Shown here one piece after another: positions 1-13,634 of a stretch of DNA of 64,000 nt. The notes under the pieces are model-generated. The model did not search any database. It was not told the origin of the DNA and saw only the letters and a list, made by a program, of their open reading frames with translations. The DNA lies in the NCBI RefSeq assembly GCF_016432865.1, contig NC_067399.1, forward strand, positions 374,108,001-374,172,000, read 5' to 3'. The DNA is from Antechinus flavipes. Its lineage: Eukaryota. The translations under genes and the position numbers were made by a program. How positions within the stretch are numbered: the first letter of the stretch is position 1; the number at the start of each line of letters is the position of its first letter.

Positions 1-289
1 ATGGCAGTAGGTAGCAATGAGAAGCCTAAGAGATAAGGGCCAGGGGGGAAAAAGGAAAAGCAAAGAAATAAAAGAAGATCATTAAAGCACATTTTATAAA
101 ATGTAAAGAAAAGAACAGAAGAAAAGCCAGAAAGAATCAGAAAAAAGCACGGTAGCTTTGAAAGTTGCATTTCCAATTTATTAAATTTTTTATGTAGCAT
201 ATGCCAATATGCTATAATATATACAATATGTTTTAAAAGAAAAGCTATCTTTACCTAACAGATTTTCAGTCTCAAGTTCAATTCTCTTT

Positions 290-790
290 TTAAGATAGCT
301 AGGTGGCATGGCAGATATGGTGCCAGGTCTGGAGTAAGCAAGACCTGAGGTTAAATCTCATCTCACATGCTTACTAGTTATGTGACCCTGAGTGAATCCT
401 TTGCTCCCTGTTTGCCTCAGTTTCCTCATCTGTAAAATGGGCATAATAATAGGACTCACCTCTCAAGGTTATTGTGAGGATCAAGTAAGATAGTTGTAAA
501 GCACTTAGTACAGTACCTGAAACATAGGAAGTTCTAGATAAATGTTAACTATAAATACCAGCTAATGAACAGAGCAAGAAACTTGAAGTCAGGAAGTCCA
601 TTTGAATCCTGCTTTAGACTCTTACTAGCTATGTGACCCTGGTCAAGTAACCTAATCTCTTTTGTCTCAGTTTCCTCATCTATAAAATGGGGATAATAAT
701 AGTCGCTACCTACCTATGTTGTTTTGAGGATCAAATAAGTTAACATATATTAAATATTATGCAAATCTTAAAGCATTACATAAATATTAG
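290..790 (+). mobile_element. Two tandem MIR/CORE-SINE copies
   Basis: CORE motif CTCAGTTTCCTCATCTGTAAAATGGG...GTGAGGATCAA occurs twice. Many further MIRs lie across the window (for example about 11395, 19130, 34420, 35950, 59000, 63540). Confidence 0.8.
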
Positions 791-1599
791 ATATCATTAT
801 TGTTTTTCTTTTCTATTATATATGTGCTTATTTTATTTAATGTTTAAGTCAAGAAGCAAAAACCAATGAAAATGTAGGAAATGCATCTAAGGATTCTGGA
901 TTCTCCTCTGTTTTGGAGAATCCTAAAGTTAAGAGTAGATTGTACCTCAGGGATCTAGAGAAGATACTCCTTAGTGAGGGGGTTGCTGTTACTATCTTAG
1001 CAGTCCTTAATCCGCTTGATGGTAGGATCATTTTAATACTAGTGAAACTTATGGTATATCAGGGTTTGTGGGTTGCATACTTCAGCAGCCAGTTAAATCC
1101 TTGTACTATCCAGGAAGATTTCAAAACAATTTACTTGCTGTAGCAAGTGGTTTTGAGGCTGGGGAACAAAAGGCTAGTTCCACTTATATATGGTTTAAAA
1201 AGGAGTATTTAGGTAGGTATCAATTCTGAAAATGGTACTGCTGTACATATGTTGAGTTGGCTGATCTTTGGTGATATGTGCTGTGTAGAATATGTAAATT
1301 AATTGTTAACTAGATGTCCAAGAACCAGGACTATGGCTCAGCTGCTGTGATCTGGGGTTTCTCTATATTCTCCCCTGTATTTATTATTTGGTTTCTGACT
1401 GCTGACTCCTTGGAAGAGACAGAAGCTCGTGTAATATGCCTATTTTCTCTTAGTATTTATATGTAGATGGATTCTTTTATCACTCAATCACATAATTATT
1501 AGAGCCATACATGTTCTATGTCCTAGCCTACTTTAGGTTCTCTGGGTATTTGTTTCCCAAAGCAGAGTAGGAGAGATAAAAAAATACCCTATTCAGGTG

Positions 1600-2032
1600 T
1601 GTGGGAGGGGTGCTAGACTCCCTTTTCCAAATTAATTAATTAGAGACATCTTTAGGTACAAAGAAAAAGCATTTATTTAATTCCTGCAGAGAGAGGTCCA
1701 GACATACACCTGGAAGCTACCCCAACTCCTGCCATGTGCACCTGGAACCTGGCCAGCTTCCATCTTGTCCAAGTCTTAGGAGCAAAAGACCCAAACCTTC
1801 TCATTGGATAGACTAAAAGGATGTAACCATCCTTGACCAATGGTCATCAGTGTTGGCTGCCGGGATCCCACAGGTCACTTCACTTTCTGCAACTTCACTG
1901 ACTTCCTGTATCCCAGGGTTCAAAATTCATCCCTCCAGAGATCATGTGATCCCCTTTCCCCCCAGGGTCCCAGCTCTGGGAACAGTCCCATCTTCCAAGA
2001 TGAAATACTTCATCCAAGCAGTCCCATTCACA
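1600..2032 (-). mobile_element. Solo LTR (ERV-type), copy 1
   Basis: TG...CA termini (TGTGGGA...CCCATTCACA), AATAAA on the minus strand and flanks GGTG/GGTA. Aligns end to end with 21911-22370. Confidence 0.8.
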
Positions 2033-3439
2033 GGTAATTGGCATGAGATGATTAAATCTGATTGTAAATTTCCATTCCTTAATCTCTCTGTTTGTCTGTC
2101 CCTATGGCTCTTTTTGCATCTTTCTCTCTCTGCCTCTGTTTCTTTCTGTGTCTCTCCCTTTCTATCCCTCCTTTCTCTACTCCTCAAATATCCTCCCTGT
2201 CCTCATTAATCACTCTCTGCTTATTTAAATATATATGTAACAAAGTAGATGTGTAACCTGAGAGTATTACAGTGTGTGCCTCTCCAAGTAGATAGGACCA
2301 TGGACAGGGGTAGCTGTCACAGGGCTGAAAATGACATCATCACTTGGTTCTTATCTAGTCTACCTAGAAATATCTAGCTGTACTTACTTGACTACATTCC
2401 TTCTTTTGCATTCCCTTTGTGTAGTTTGTGTGACCTTCACTCAAGGTCAGAATTTAAACTCAGAGTTTAATTATAGATTAGTACAAGTAAAAGCATTAGT
2501 CACATGTATTATAGACCACACATTCTACCCAATTCCCAGAACTAGAGATCATTTCCCTTATTGAGTCTTAACTTAGTTGAAAAAAAAAAACCAGCTAGCT
2601 CTGATAAAAATCCCTGCTTCCAGAGAAGTCTCATTGAATCTTTTTCTTCATGGATTGGACATTGTAAATAGTGAGTGGAAAGCTAAGCTTGTTTAAACAA
2701 TGGTTGACAAAATGTCTTAAGGCTGGTACCCACAACTGGAATCCTGGAGTGCTCTGGTATTCTAGTATTCTGCATTCTCTTTTTGTTGATTAATTTTTGG
2801 GTACTAGGCAGTGCTCATCTCTGTGTCATTTTTATCAGAAGTGATGACTTATCATATCAGGAAATTTTACATTGTTTTACATTGCTTAGAATTGGAGTCT
2901 AACATTTTCTTTTCCTATCTTTTACTTGAATAACTGCTCTCTCCGTCAAGTACAGCTTCATCAATCTAGTCCAAGATATCACTTGACCTGCTCTATTTGC
3001 ATCTAGCTACTATTAGGCAGTAGAGCAACATTCCCTTTTATAGTAGTATAGTAATAACAATTGGCATTTCTATAGTGTTTTACGATTTCCAAACTCTTTG
3101 AATATATTATCTTATTTAATCTTCAAAATGACTTTATGAGATCATTATCATAGATATTATTCCCGTTTTAAATTAGATTAGATTAGAAAGATTAAATCAC
3201 TTGCCCATGATGGTCAGTAGGGTCAATAATGAGACTGAACTGTCTTTCTTTCCTTCAAGCCCAATGTTGTTGTTTTTTTCTCTTTTATACTATGCTGCCT
3301 CTCTGACGCTTTATTTTGACTGCAAATACTTCCCAAGAAACACCCAAATAGTATTCTTCTTGTCCAGTTCCATCCCTCAAAGAACCTTTGCCATAAAACT
3401 GCTCAATTCTTTATTCACTTTCCAAGGTCCTAGTATTTA

Positions 3440-3900
3440 ACATTTAAATTACTTTAAAAAGTTTTATTGATACCTTTTATTTTGACATCAAAATCTTTTC
3501 TAGATATTTCCTTTACAAGTATAACTCATTGTAACCAAGGAAAAATAAATTAGTTAAGCAAAAAACAAACAAAAAGCCAAAACAAACCCCCAAACAAACC
3601 TATACCACAAACAACTAATCTATCAACTCCATTTGACAGCATGTGCAACATTACACACCTGTCTTACTTCTCCAACAAAAGAAAGGAGATGAACTTCCCT
3701 TTGGGGCTAAAATTTTTCATTATAATTACATAATATGGTAGTTTTCTTTTATTGGTCTTTTTTTGTTGCATTGCTAATTGTTGCCTTCACACATTCTTGA
3801 TCACAACAAGTAATCTCTTTGTACAATCTTCCTTCCTTTCACTATATGCAACCTAGTTTCCAATTTCCAAAATGATCAACAACAACTTTAAATATTTTCT
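3440..3900 (-). mobile_element. Old L1 3' end
   Basis: TTATTGATACCTTTTATTTTGACATC head and TATAATTACATAATATGGTAGTTTT...GTTGCCTTCAC antisense L1-like sequence. Confidence 0.5.
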
Positions 3901-5970
3901 GATCCTTTAAAAAGGCATTGGGGAATAGATGGTAGCTGTTCAATTACTCCTCTCTCCTCACTCTCCCCATCCCATCCTGTCCCTGCCTGCCCACTCAGAC
4001 AGGATGCTCAGCTTGACCTCCTTTCATGGTATATCAATTTTTGATTTTATGCCCTCTCCAAAGTACATCTTCTTCTACTTCTTCTTGGAGAGATAGAGAG
4101 GCACATCTATTCCATTTTCATGAGGAATTTCTATTTGTACTGAGGGCAAAATTATTGGAAGGTCTTGAAAGTGCTTTTGGATTTAGTACTGTTTTACACG
4201 TTTTTTCTGGTGTTCCTTTTGACTATACTTTTCAGTACACTGACTGAGCACCTCATTCAACCTTACTCCTCCCTTTGAGATCTCTTTAGGATTCTCTCTT
4301 TCTTTTCATATATATTCCATACCCACTCTTAGATACAGGACTGGATGATGATCTGCTCTTTTTTTAACTTCTAAAATTCATGTTGGAGATTTTCTTATTG
4401 ATCACGTTGGACTTGGGTTACTGTTTCTAGGGAAGGAGGCATCATGAAGAAACATCTCAACCTCACTTCTTGGAGGTTGGTTTGGGCTCAATGCATTGCC
4501 TTAGATTAAAAGAGAAGAGAAATAGTGCTAGAACCTATAGGTCAAGGGTCTCAGATCCTCCAAAAGCAAAACATGGAACCAGGTCCTTTGTCCTAAGTAT
4601 TTGATATGTCCTTTTGACATACTAAGTAATGACCTAATGGTGGCCATTCTACTATGGCTTCTTTAAATGTTCCTCTTTCCTACTTGCCTTTTTGTGTTGC
4701 TGGAGTTACTTTCAAAAAGCTATTAGTTATGTATATCCTGCATTACACTGTGCTCCTTAGGTACTTTCTTAAAAAAAAAAAGCTCAGAGAATGCCTTAAA
4801 AACTCTTAAAATAGATCAGATAAATAGCATATCAAAACCTTATTACCAGTGTCTCATCATTGCTTTTCCAGAGACATGCTTTCTTTGTGTGTCCATGCAC
4901 ATGTGTGTATATATAAGTCTATATCTGTGTATTTATGTATTTGTGTGTCTGTGTCTGGACACTGTGACACATATTCCTAACAGTCCATATTGGAATAGAA
5001 CTAAAGGCATTTCTAGAACACAGCAGCTTTACATTTATCCAAGTTCTTTTTCAGAAATTTTCATTCTCCTGTACCTTCTCCCTGGATCCCCATCTCAAAC
5101 ACTAACTCTCCAGTCTTTTGGACTCTGGGGACACCCAAGTTGAAATGTAAATAGCTATGCTAAGGAGGTGGTACAGGCATGCAGCTGCCCACAGCTGTTA
5201 GTTATATCCACAAATACTCAGGTTATTTAGGCAGTGTCAAAAATGTTGCTTTGATACTGGTGATGGTGTTTGGAATGGTGGTAGGAAATCTGGCTCCTGG
5301 ATGTTTGCAGTGGGATATGTGGAAGATGGTGTGTGGGTTGGTTTCCATGAGTCAGTGAGTTAGCAAAGTGTGTGACTTTGTGATATGGAACTCTGGTAGT
5401 AATTCTAGGCATAAACATAAGAGTGGAGGATATAGAGTCCCAGTAGGCTATGAATAAGTTTTGAATTGTGGAATTTTGGAGACTGACAAAGACTAGCTTG
5501 TTCCTACAGGTGTTTCCTGTCCTGAAACTGTACATCTCTTATCCCAAGTGTCCTCATACTGTGGCAGCAATAACTGGAGAGCAATAGTACAATTCTGAGA
5601 CCCTGGCACTCTGCCCATGGGAAATGAGAATGCAGGTGGGAGAGAGAAAATCATGCTGGCAGGAGCACAAATAGGTTTGCTGGACATGAGAATGAGCTTA
5701 GTATGAATGTGATTGGGCCAGTAATACTATGTGCCTTCCTTTACTACAGCCAGATCAAATTCAACCTCCTAAACAACTAACACTAACTCAGTTAATTAGA
5801 TGTAAGTAGTAAGTACTTCTTTATGCCCTTAATAGGCTAGGGAAAGCAGGAGTTAGCTGTTTGCTTTTGAATCTTGGATTCATGATTATTTTTTCTTTGC
5901 TGACATTCTTAGTATGACACTTATGTTGCTTTAAAGCTGGACACAGAATGTTCATTTATATGATGCTGAA

Positions 5971-6830
5971 GTCAGTCAGTCAGCTATCATGTATTTGGTA
6001 CCTACCGTGTGCCAAACACCATGCTTTGTGGAAACAACAAAAGGCAAAGAACAGTACTTGCTCTCAAAAGCTTTTATAGTCTAAAGTAGGGGAGATAACA
6101 TGAAAAAAAAGCTATTTACAAACAAGATATAGAAAGAATAAATTGGAAGTAAATAACATAGGAAGACATAACTGAGTGGGATAAAGAAAGGCTTCTTGAG
6201 GAAGGTGGGACTTTTGCTAAGACTTGTAGGAAGCTGAAGAAACTGGAAGTAGATATGAAGAGGGACAAAGTTTCAGGAATAAGGGATATATCTAGAGTTG
6301 TAAGATGGAATGTTTTGTGAGAAGACTAGTAAGAGACCAATATCATTGTATCATACATTATTGTGGGACTGGAGGTGTCAAATATAAGAAAACTGGAAAG
6401 TCAGGAAAAGACCAGTTTATAGAGGACTTTAAAAGGCAAACAAAGGATATTTATTATATTTGATCTTAGAGGTAATAGGGAGTCAGTAGAGATTAGTGAA
6501 TAGGAGGCTGATATGGTCAGATTTGCATTTTAGGAAGATTAATTTGACAGCTGGATGGAGGATGGACTGGAGTGGGAGAGAGACTCAAAGTAATAAGAAC
6601 AACCATCAATCTATTGTTATAGTCTAGAAAAGAGGTGACAGAGGCTTGTATCAGAGTGGTAACAGTATCAGAGGAGAAAATAATATGTATCCAAATGTGT
6701 ATTTTAGATTCAGCCTAGATCTGCATATCCATGATTCAGCAAATGAGCCAGTCTTCCATCTCAAAAGAAAGGCTGCATAGTAATAGGCATGAAGAAGCAA
6801 TGTAGTGTAATGGAAATCATTAAAGAGATA
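5971..6830 (-). mobile_element. L2 LINE fragment (continues at about 8180-8500 after the nested L1)
   Basis: Antisense L2 tail AGTCAGTCAGTCAG...TACCTACCGTGTGCCAAACAC followed by purine-rich L2 body. Confidence 0.75.
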
Positions 6831-6834
6831 CATA

Positions 6835-8180
6835 AGAGCAGACTAGTCTAGAATAACATCCAGGAAGATTTTAATTCCTGAAAAAGGAGAGGATTAGTTT
6901 TAGCCAGAGAATCCAGGATCAAACAACTTCTGCCTCTGCTTCCCAGGAGTATGAGAGTAAGTAGACTTTGACTTAAGCACAAGTCTTTAATTCATAAAGA
7001 GGTCAAAGATATGAATAAATAGAAGAAAATGATGAATATAATAAATATCTTAGATTGATCAAAGCCCAAGGGGTAAACTGAGAATAGAAGAGCAATTCAA
7101 TGGTGGGCTGAAGTAGCATTTCAGAAAGAATAATGTTGAGATTACTGGGACTACATCAGAGAAAAGAAATGAGATTTTTAAAAATAGTAGCAACAGGGGG
7201 AAAAGAATGGCAAGGAGAGTAAATATCATAGAAGAGTCAGTGATAAACTATTCCAAGAATTGAACTCTTTGAAAATTATAATGGACCAAACAAAGCAAGA
7301 TCAAATGAGACAGCAGGAAATATTAAAACAAAGTAAAAGGATTTAAAAAAGAAGAAAATGTCAAGAAAATGTCTAGTGTCAAAAATAACTGATCTGGAAA
7401 ACATGTTAAGGAGAAATAATTTAAGGATCATCAGATTATTTGATAATCATGAACAAAAGCATAAATACTATATTTTAAGAAATAAATGAAAATTGCCTAG
7501 AGGACAGTGAATCAGGGCAGAATGAAGTTAGAAACAATTCATCAAGCACCTCCTGAAAGAAATTCTATAAAGAAAACTCCCAGGAATGTCATAGCTAAAA
7601 TCCAGAACTTCTTAGGTCAAAGAAAAAACATTACAATTGTGGTCAGAGGATGGGGGTGTGACAGAGAAAGCATCCAAGTACCAAGGAATCACAGTGAGGA
7701 TCATTTAAGTTTTGTCAGCTTCTGTAATAAAGAAGAGGAGAATTTATAATGTGATATTCTAAGAGGCAAAAACTAAAAACTTACAAACAAGAATTACCAT
7801 TTCTTCAAAACTGAGGATAATCATACATGGAAGAAATATAATTTTAATGAAATGAAGTACTTTCAAACATTCCTGACAAAAAGGCCAGAGCTGGGGATAA
7901 TCTGAAATGAAAACACAGGAGCTAAGAAAAAAATGGGAAGTTATACATCTTTGATCACTTGTAAGGAACTGCAAGAGAATGAATTATTTACATGCTAAGT
8001 GTCTTTTCTTAGTCTTAGATCTTTAAGAATCATAGAGAAACTTACATAAAACAGGAAGATGATCTGGGGATGGTGGTGGTTTGTTTTGCTTTGAAAATCC
8101 TGAGAGAAGAAGAAAATAGGAGGGTAAGAAGATCATACTGGGGAGGAATAGACAGAACTCTTTATCTTATAGACTATAAA
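6835..8180 (+). mobile_element. Old L1/HAL1 ORF1 remnant nested in an L2
   Basis: ORF1-like peptide ETIHQAPPERNSIKKTPRNVIAKIQNF (7507-7749) and an AAAATAACTGATCTGGAAAAC...TTAAGGATCATC motif. L2 sequence lies on both sides. Confidence 0.65.
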
Positions 8181-8689
8181 TACATGCCTTATGGGTATGG
8201 CATGGATGATGAGCCAGCAAGAGAAACTGAGGAGTAGTCAGATTGATAGAAGAACTATGAGAGAATAAAGTCACAAAAATCCAGAGAGGAATGGATATCC
8301 AGGAGAAGGTATTTAATCATGTCAAATGATCAAGAGATCAGGAATGATGAAATTTGAAGAAAGGACATTAGATTTGACACTTAAGAAATAAGTGGTAATT
8401 TTGGAGAGTAGAGTTTACTTTGAGTGATGAAATCAGAAGCTAGACTTATGAAGATAGTAAAAGGAAAAAAAAAGTAGAGGGCAATAAGTCTCAGAAGATA
8501 GCTGTAGTCTAGGACAACTGTAGCTTTCTTGTTCTTGCTTTCTTCATCCTCTACCCCATAATCAAATAGTCACAGCTGATGAGACTGGCAGAAGGACCTG
8601 CTCCATTTGACATACTATAATGTAGAGAAGTAAGGTAAAGCTCAAATAGAAATGAGAGCCACTCAACTGATACATGGGGTATATATTTA

Positions 8690-9070
8690 GCTAGGTGGTG
8701 TCATAATGTACAGAGTGCCAAACCTGGAGACAGGAATTCATCTTCCTGAATTCATGTCTGGTCCAAGGTTTTAAACTCTAAACCCAGTTCTCTTCTCTCA
8801 TGTTCCTGACTTTCTTATTTCTGTGGAAGGTCCAGGGTCTTAACCCTGGGGTCACTCTCATCCTTGTTTCTCCCTCATCACTCACATTGAATCAATTATT
8901 TATCTGTGGGATCCTAGGTTAACTCTAGCTTAACCACATTTGCCTCAGTTCTTCATTTGTAAAATGAGCTGGAGAAGAAAATGGCAGACCATTCCAGTAT
9001 CTTTGCCAAGGAAACTCCAAAAAAGGGTTATAGAATCAAATAGGATTAAACAATAAACAACCACAAACTG
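8690..9070 (+). mobile_element. Mar1-like CORE-SINE interrupted by a 140-bp insert
   Basis: GCTAGGTGG head and TGAGCTGGAGAAGAAAATGGCAGACCATTCCAGTATCTTTGCCAAG tail, with an insert at 8763-8902. Confidence 0.8.
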
Positions 9071-10245
9071 ATTATTATAATGTATTGACATATTAACATT
9101 AATATGTTCTATTCTTTTATTAATTATTTCCCAATTACATGTTAATCTAGTCCCTCATGCTATGTATCTAGAGGGAGAACTTGGTAATTGGTAGAGAAAA
9201 AGGATAAAGAGGATAAGAGAGAGTTAGCTTGATGCCCCTGCTGAAAATAGAGACAGACATTTGGAAGAAGGATTGTAATAGCCACATAACCCTTCTGAAG
9301 ATCTGTAGCATGTTATGGCCTTTAAGAACTCCCAATCCCAGAGAACTTTTAAAGGTACAAAGCACTTCCTTATGACCTTATGAGGTAAGTAGTATAGAAT
9401 GATTATTTAGGCAAGATGAAAATGAGAAAAGCAATTAAATGACTTGTAGCCAAGGTTTTAAACTCTAAACCCAGTTATCTTCTCTCCAAACCTCTCATAT
9501 TTCTGACTTGCTTATTTCTGTAGAAGGCCCAGGGTCTTAACCTTGGGGTCGTTCCCATCCTTGTCTCTCCCTCATCACTCACATTGAATCAATTATTTAG
9601 AAATGTTGATCCTATGCTCATAAGGTCTTTTTCTTTTTTTTTTTATTGTTATAGTTTTTTATTTACAAGACATATGCATGGGTGATTTCTCAGCACTGAC
9701 AATTGCAAAACCTTTTCACAAGGTCTTTTTCATCTGTCCCCTTCTTTTTACCTACTATCATAGTATACTCCCCTTTCCAATCCATCTCCTATCCAGTTGT
9801 CAAGTTGATGGCACTAAAATACAGAGTTAACCTTTGTTTTCCTCTAAAGAAGTTTAAGAAACTCCTTTTGTCTCTGGGATCAAATGCGAATTCTTCTGTA
9901 TTTAAAGCTCTACCTCCAACCTACCTTCTGGCTGATTGCATGCTTCTCTCCTTCACACTCTGTTGGCTAAATGAGCCTACCTGCTATTCCTTATCATTGG
10001 CACAGGTTGTCTTGCAGCCTTGGAATATGTATCTTCCTCACTTGTACCTTTTCAGAGTCCTGACTTCTTTCAAGGTTTGATTCAAAGGTTGCTTGCTAGA
10101 GGAAGCCTTTTCCAACCTTCCAATTTTTAGTATTACCTACACCCTCTCACTCCCACCAGAAATTACTTTGTATATATTTTTTGTATTTACCTTTTTTCCC
10201 CCCATTCATATTTTCCCTCCCTGTTTTGCTTTTTTAAAAAATCTA

Positions 10246-11361
10246 CAGTCAACCCTCAATATTCCCATGTACAACTTTCAGATCTTGAAGCATTTGGGTA
10301 ATTTTATTAATGACCTAATTTTGACTTTTGACTTGGCAACTCTGCACATTTGTGGCTATGCACAGTAAAAAAAAATGAGAGTCACAATGCATATAACTGT
10401 GTAGTGGCTAGTATACTATTAGATACGTCCCTGGTCTTGTTCACCCTCTCATTGTAAAGAGATTCCTGTGCATTCATTGCATGTTTTCACAGTCTGCCTT
10501 TCAAACCAAAGTTTTATGTTATAATATGCCTGCAAAGTATAGTATAAGTCCTTTGGGCTCTAAGCCTAAGTATGCAAAATCATTTATGTGTCTAAGTGAG
10601 AAAATAAAAGAGTTAGATAAACTTCATATTAGAATGTCTGCAGCCACTGTTGACCACAAATTTGGTGTTAACGAGTTAAGGATTTACTGTATCCACAAAA
10701 AGGAGGAAAGCAATCATAAAAGTGTTCATGAATCCACCAGCTGTGAAGGACAGACTATTGGAGGTGATGGTGAGACCTCATCAGTCTTGGCATTTTTTGA
10801 CAGAAGTCTCATCAACCTTTCCTTTGAATTTCAGAGGGTGATCAAGGTAGAAAGGTTGATAGCAAGCAGTAAACAATACAGTACAATGTCCTTACATTAC
10901 CATCTATCTGACATAGTGGAAGATGCAATTCATGTTAAAAAAAAATCTTGGTTTTAAATTTTTTCTTTGCTGTATAGTATTTATGGTACTGTCCATTTCA
11001 TGTGTTATGAAAAGTGGATATTGTTTGAAATAATTTTTTTGAAATATTAGCACAAAAGGTTACAGAATTCTAGGAAAATTGTTCCTAAAACTGTTTTGCA
11101 TGTTACCAATTTTATTTTGTGTACTGCATTTTATGGGTTATTTAATGGTTAAGCTATTAGGAAAACTGCATATCATCAGAATTAATGTTTTGTTATAAAG
11201 AATTGTATGCAGAAAAGCATATTTTCAGTGATCTCTAGTGAAATATTGCAGTTTTTAGTGGTCCTAGGAACCTAGTCCCCCACTTCCCTTAGGTTCAATG
11301 CATCAACATTTGTATTTTTTACTTTTGTATCATTTTTACCTAGAAAGTTGAAGATTACCTA
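10246..11361 (+). mobile_element. Old, internally deleted Tigger-type (pogo) DNA transposon
   Basis: TA-CAGTCAACCCTC Tigger-like terminus at 10244-10257. The ORF at 10481-10957 contains SPLGSKPKYAKSFMCLSEKIKELDKL...AATVDHKFGVNELRIYCIHKKE, resembling the Tigger N-terminal HTH. A degenerate right TIR (about 12/18 match) lies near 11343-11361. Confidence 0.7.
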
Positions 11362-13569
11362 TATTTGCTTTTTTGGTTATTTATTTTGCCTGTTTGCTGG
11401 TGGTGGATAGTATTGGACCTGGAGCCAGGAAGACCTGAATTCAAATCTGGCTTCAGAAAATTATAGCTTTGTGGCTATGGGCAAATCACTCTATTTCTGT
11501 TATCCTTACTTTCCTAATCTGAAAAATGGATTTAATAACATCAGGGTTATTGTGAAGATCAAATAAAATAATATTTATGAAATCTTTAGTAGTACAGTGT
11601 TTGGTACATATTAGGCACTAAATAAATGCTTATTCTCTTTACCCTTCTCCCCAACTCCTGCACCTGGAATAGTGTCTGTCATATAAAGAAGGCACATGAT
11701 AAATACTCGTTGGTTCATTCTATCATTCTGTTTAGTAATTTGCTCTTTTAAAAAAGATTCTTTAAAAACTTCTAAATATGAATGAAAAGTTCCTTTAGTG
11801 TCATAATGGTGTTTTAAAATTTTATTTAAAACAAGGTGAGAATGATTTTTTATTTTTTCTATTGTGTAGAATCTCTTTGACTTACTAGAATCCAGCCCCT
11901 CCCTATCTAACCATCTCTTCACTGACGCTTCAAGGTGGACATGTTCTCTGAACATGCTGAGCTCTTTTTTGCCTGTGAACATTTGCTCAGAACATTTGCC
12001 TGTGAACATTCTAGCTTACCTAGAATGCTCTACATTTTTTCCTCTACCTATCCCAGTCTGTATCCATTTTAATTTGTCCAATTCAAATACAACCTTCTCC
12101 AAGAAACCTTCCTTTAACTATTTCAGTGCAAGATAATCTTTCCTTTGTTTGAAATCAATTATTATTTATCATATAGCTAAATCAGAGTTGACCCTTAATA
12201 ATTTATTGTTGTAGAAGGATTCCTAAAGGAATTCCTGAATAACTTTGTCACAGGGTTCATATAGTTATTAGCTATTTCCACTTGCATAAATCTTACCTTT
12301 ATCTCTCCTGTAAACTTCTTGAGAGCAGGGAACTATGTGAAATACCTATGTTGACTCCCCAATGGCTCTTGTCTGCAGTAGTTGCCCAGTTAATACTTGA
12401 TGAATTGAATTGGGTAACTTTGTTTCAATTCAGAATGATCCGTTCATTTATTCATTATTACAATCATCATTACATCTGTAATATCTGAGTTTTTTCATCC
12501 AGTAAATACTTAACACTAACTACACTATTAAAAATAATAAAAATTATATACTTAATAAACATCCACAAACACGAATATTTCAATATTCTAAGGATAGAAA
12601 AGATGATTTATATGAAACTGACCTATTACAATGCAATTTTGAAAAATTAAGTGTATATTACATTTAACATGTCAACAATAAAATTGTCCTTTTTAGCTTT
12701 TTCTCTTATGATTTTTTTTCTCTATTCTGTTCTCTTCTGTATATTTAAAAAAATGCTCCATGGCTATTTAAAAAAATAATTCACATATCTATAGAGCTTT
12801 AAGGTTCTCAAAACTTTTCTCCTCAACAATCCTATATGGGAAAGATATGAAAATTATCATCTTCATTTTATCGAATAGGAAACTGAGGCCTAGAAAGAAG
12901 AAATGAGTTGAAATTGAAACTGGGAGGCCTACAGAATTCTTCTGATTTTAAGCCTGGAGCACTTTTCATTCTGACATTCAGCTTGGTAATTATGATGGTC
13001 CAAATTCTGCTTAGATTTGAAACAATTACTCAGTCATGAATACTCCAATTAAGGGAGAGTATAGAGAGTGAAACAATGGATGGGTGGAACTTTCTTTAAG
13101 TGAAAGTGTCAGAATGAAAAATGGCAATTTAAAATTACATCTAAATGTTCCCTCTGTTCTAAGAGAATGGGGCTTAATGGCAGTTGTAAGTTGAAATTTA
13201 ACCAGGAAATAAGAGAAATATTCAAAGTAGGCTTCAACACTCCTTTCCTTAATCTTATATTCTCAAATAGAATTAAATATTGAGGGAGATATAATTTTCA
13301 ACTTTGGTGTGAATCACCATACTTTGCTATTTTCTGCCCTGTATACTAAATATGGCTTCTGTTAAGCAATCTATTCAATTTTGCATATGGAGATATTAAC
13401 TCAAAAGTCCCTAAATGTTAAGTGTAAACTTTAAACACGTTTATTATATTTAGAGCACTAGTTACTTGGGGTTGGAATTCTTTAACTTTTTTGTTGTTGT
13501 TCCAAGTCTCCTCTTCCTTTCCCTTACTCGATCCCATACTATGACTTTTTTCCTTTCTTGATGCAATAG

Positions 13570-13634
13570 AAACCTCTGAAAATCTCTGATGAAAAAGGAG
13601 TAACAAAAACGATGTAGAAGATGGATCAAGACAG
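13570..13634 (+). other. Candidate 65-nt exon (UTR or first coding, ATGGATCAAGACAG)
   Basis: Polypyrimidine tract plus AATAG acceptor and a consensus CAG/GTAAGT donor. All three frames contain stops before an AAGATGG start context. Confidence 0.3.
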
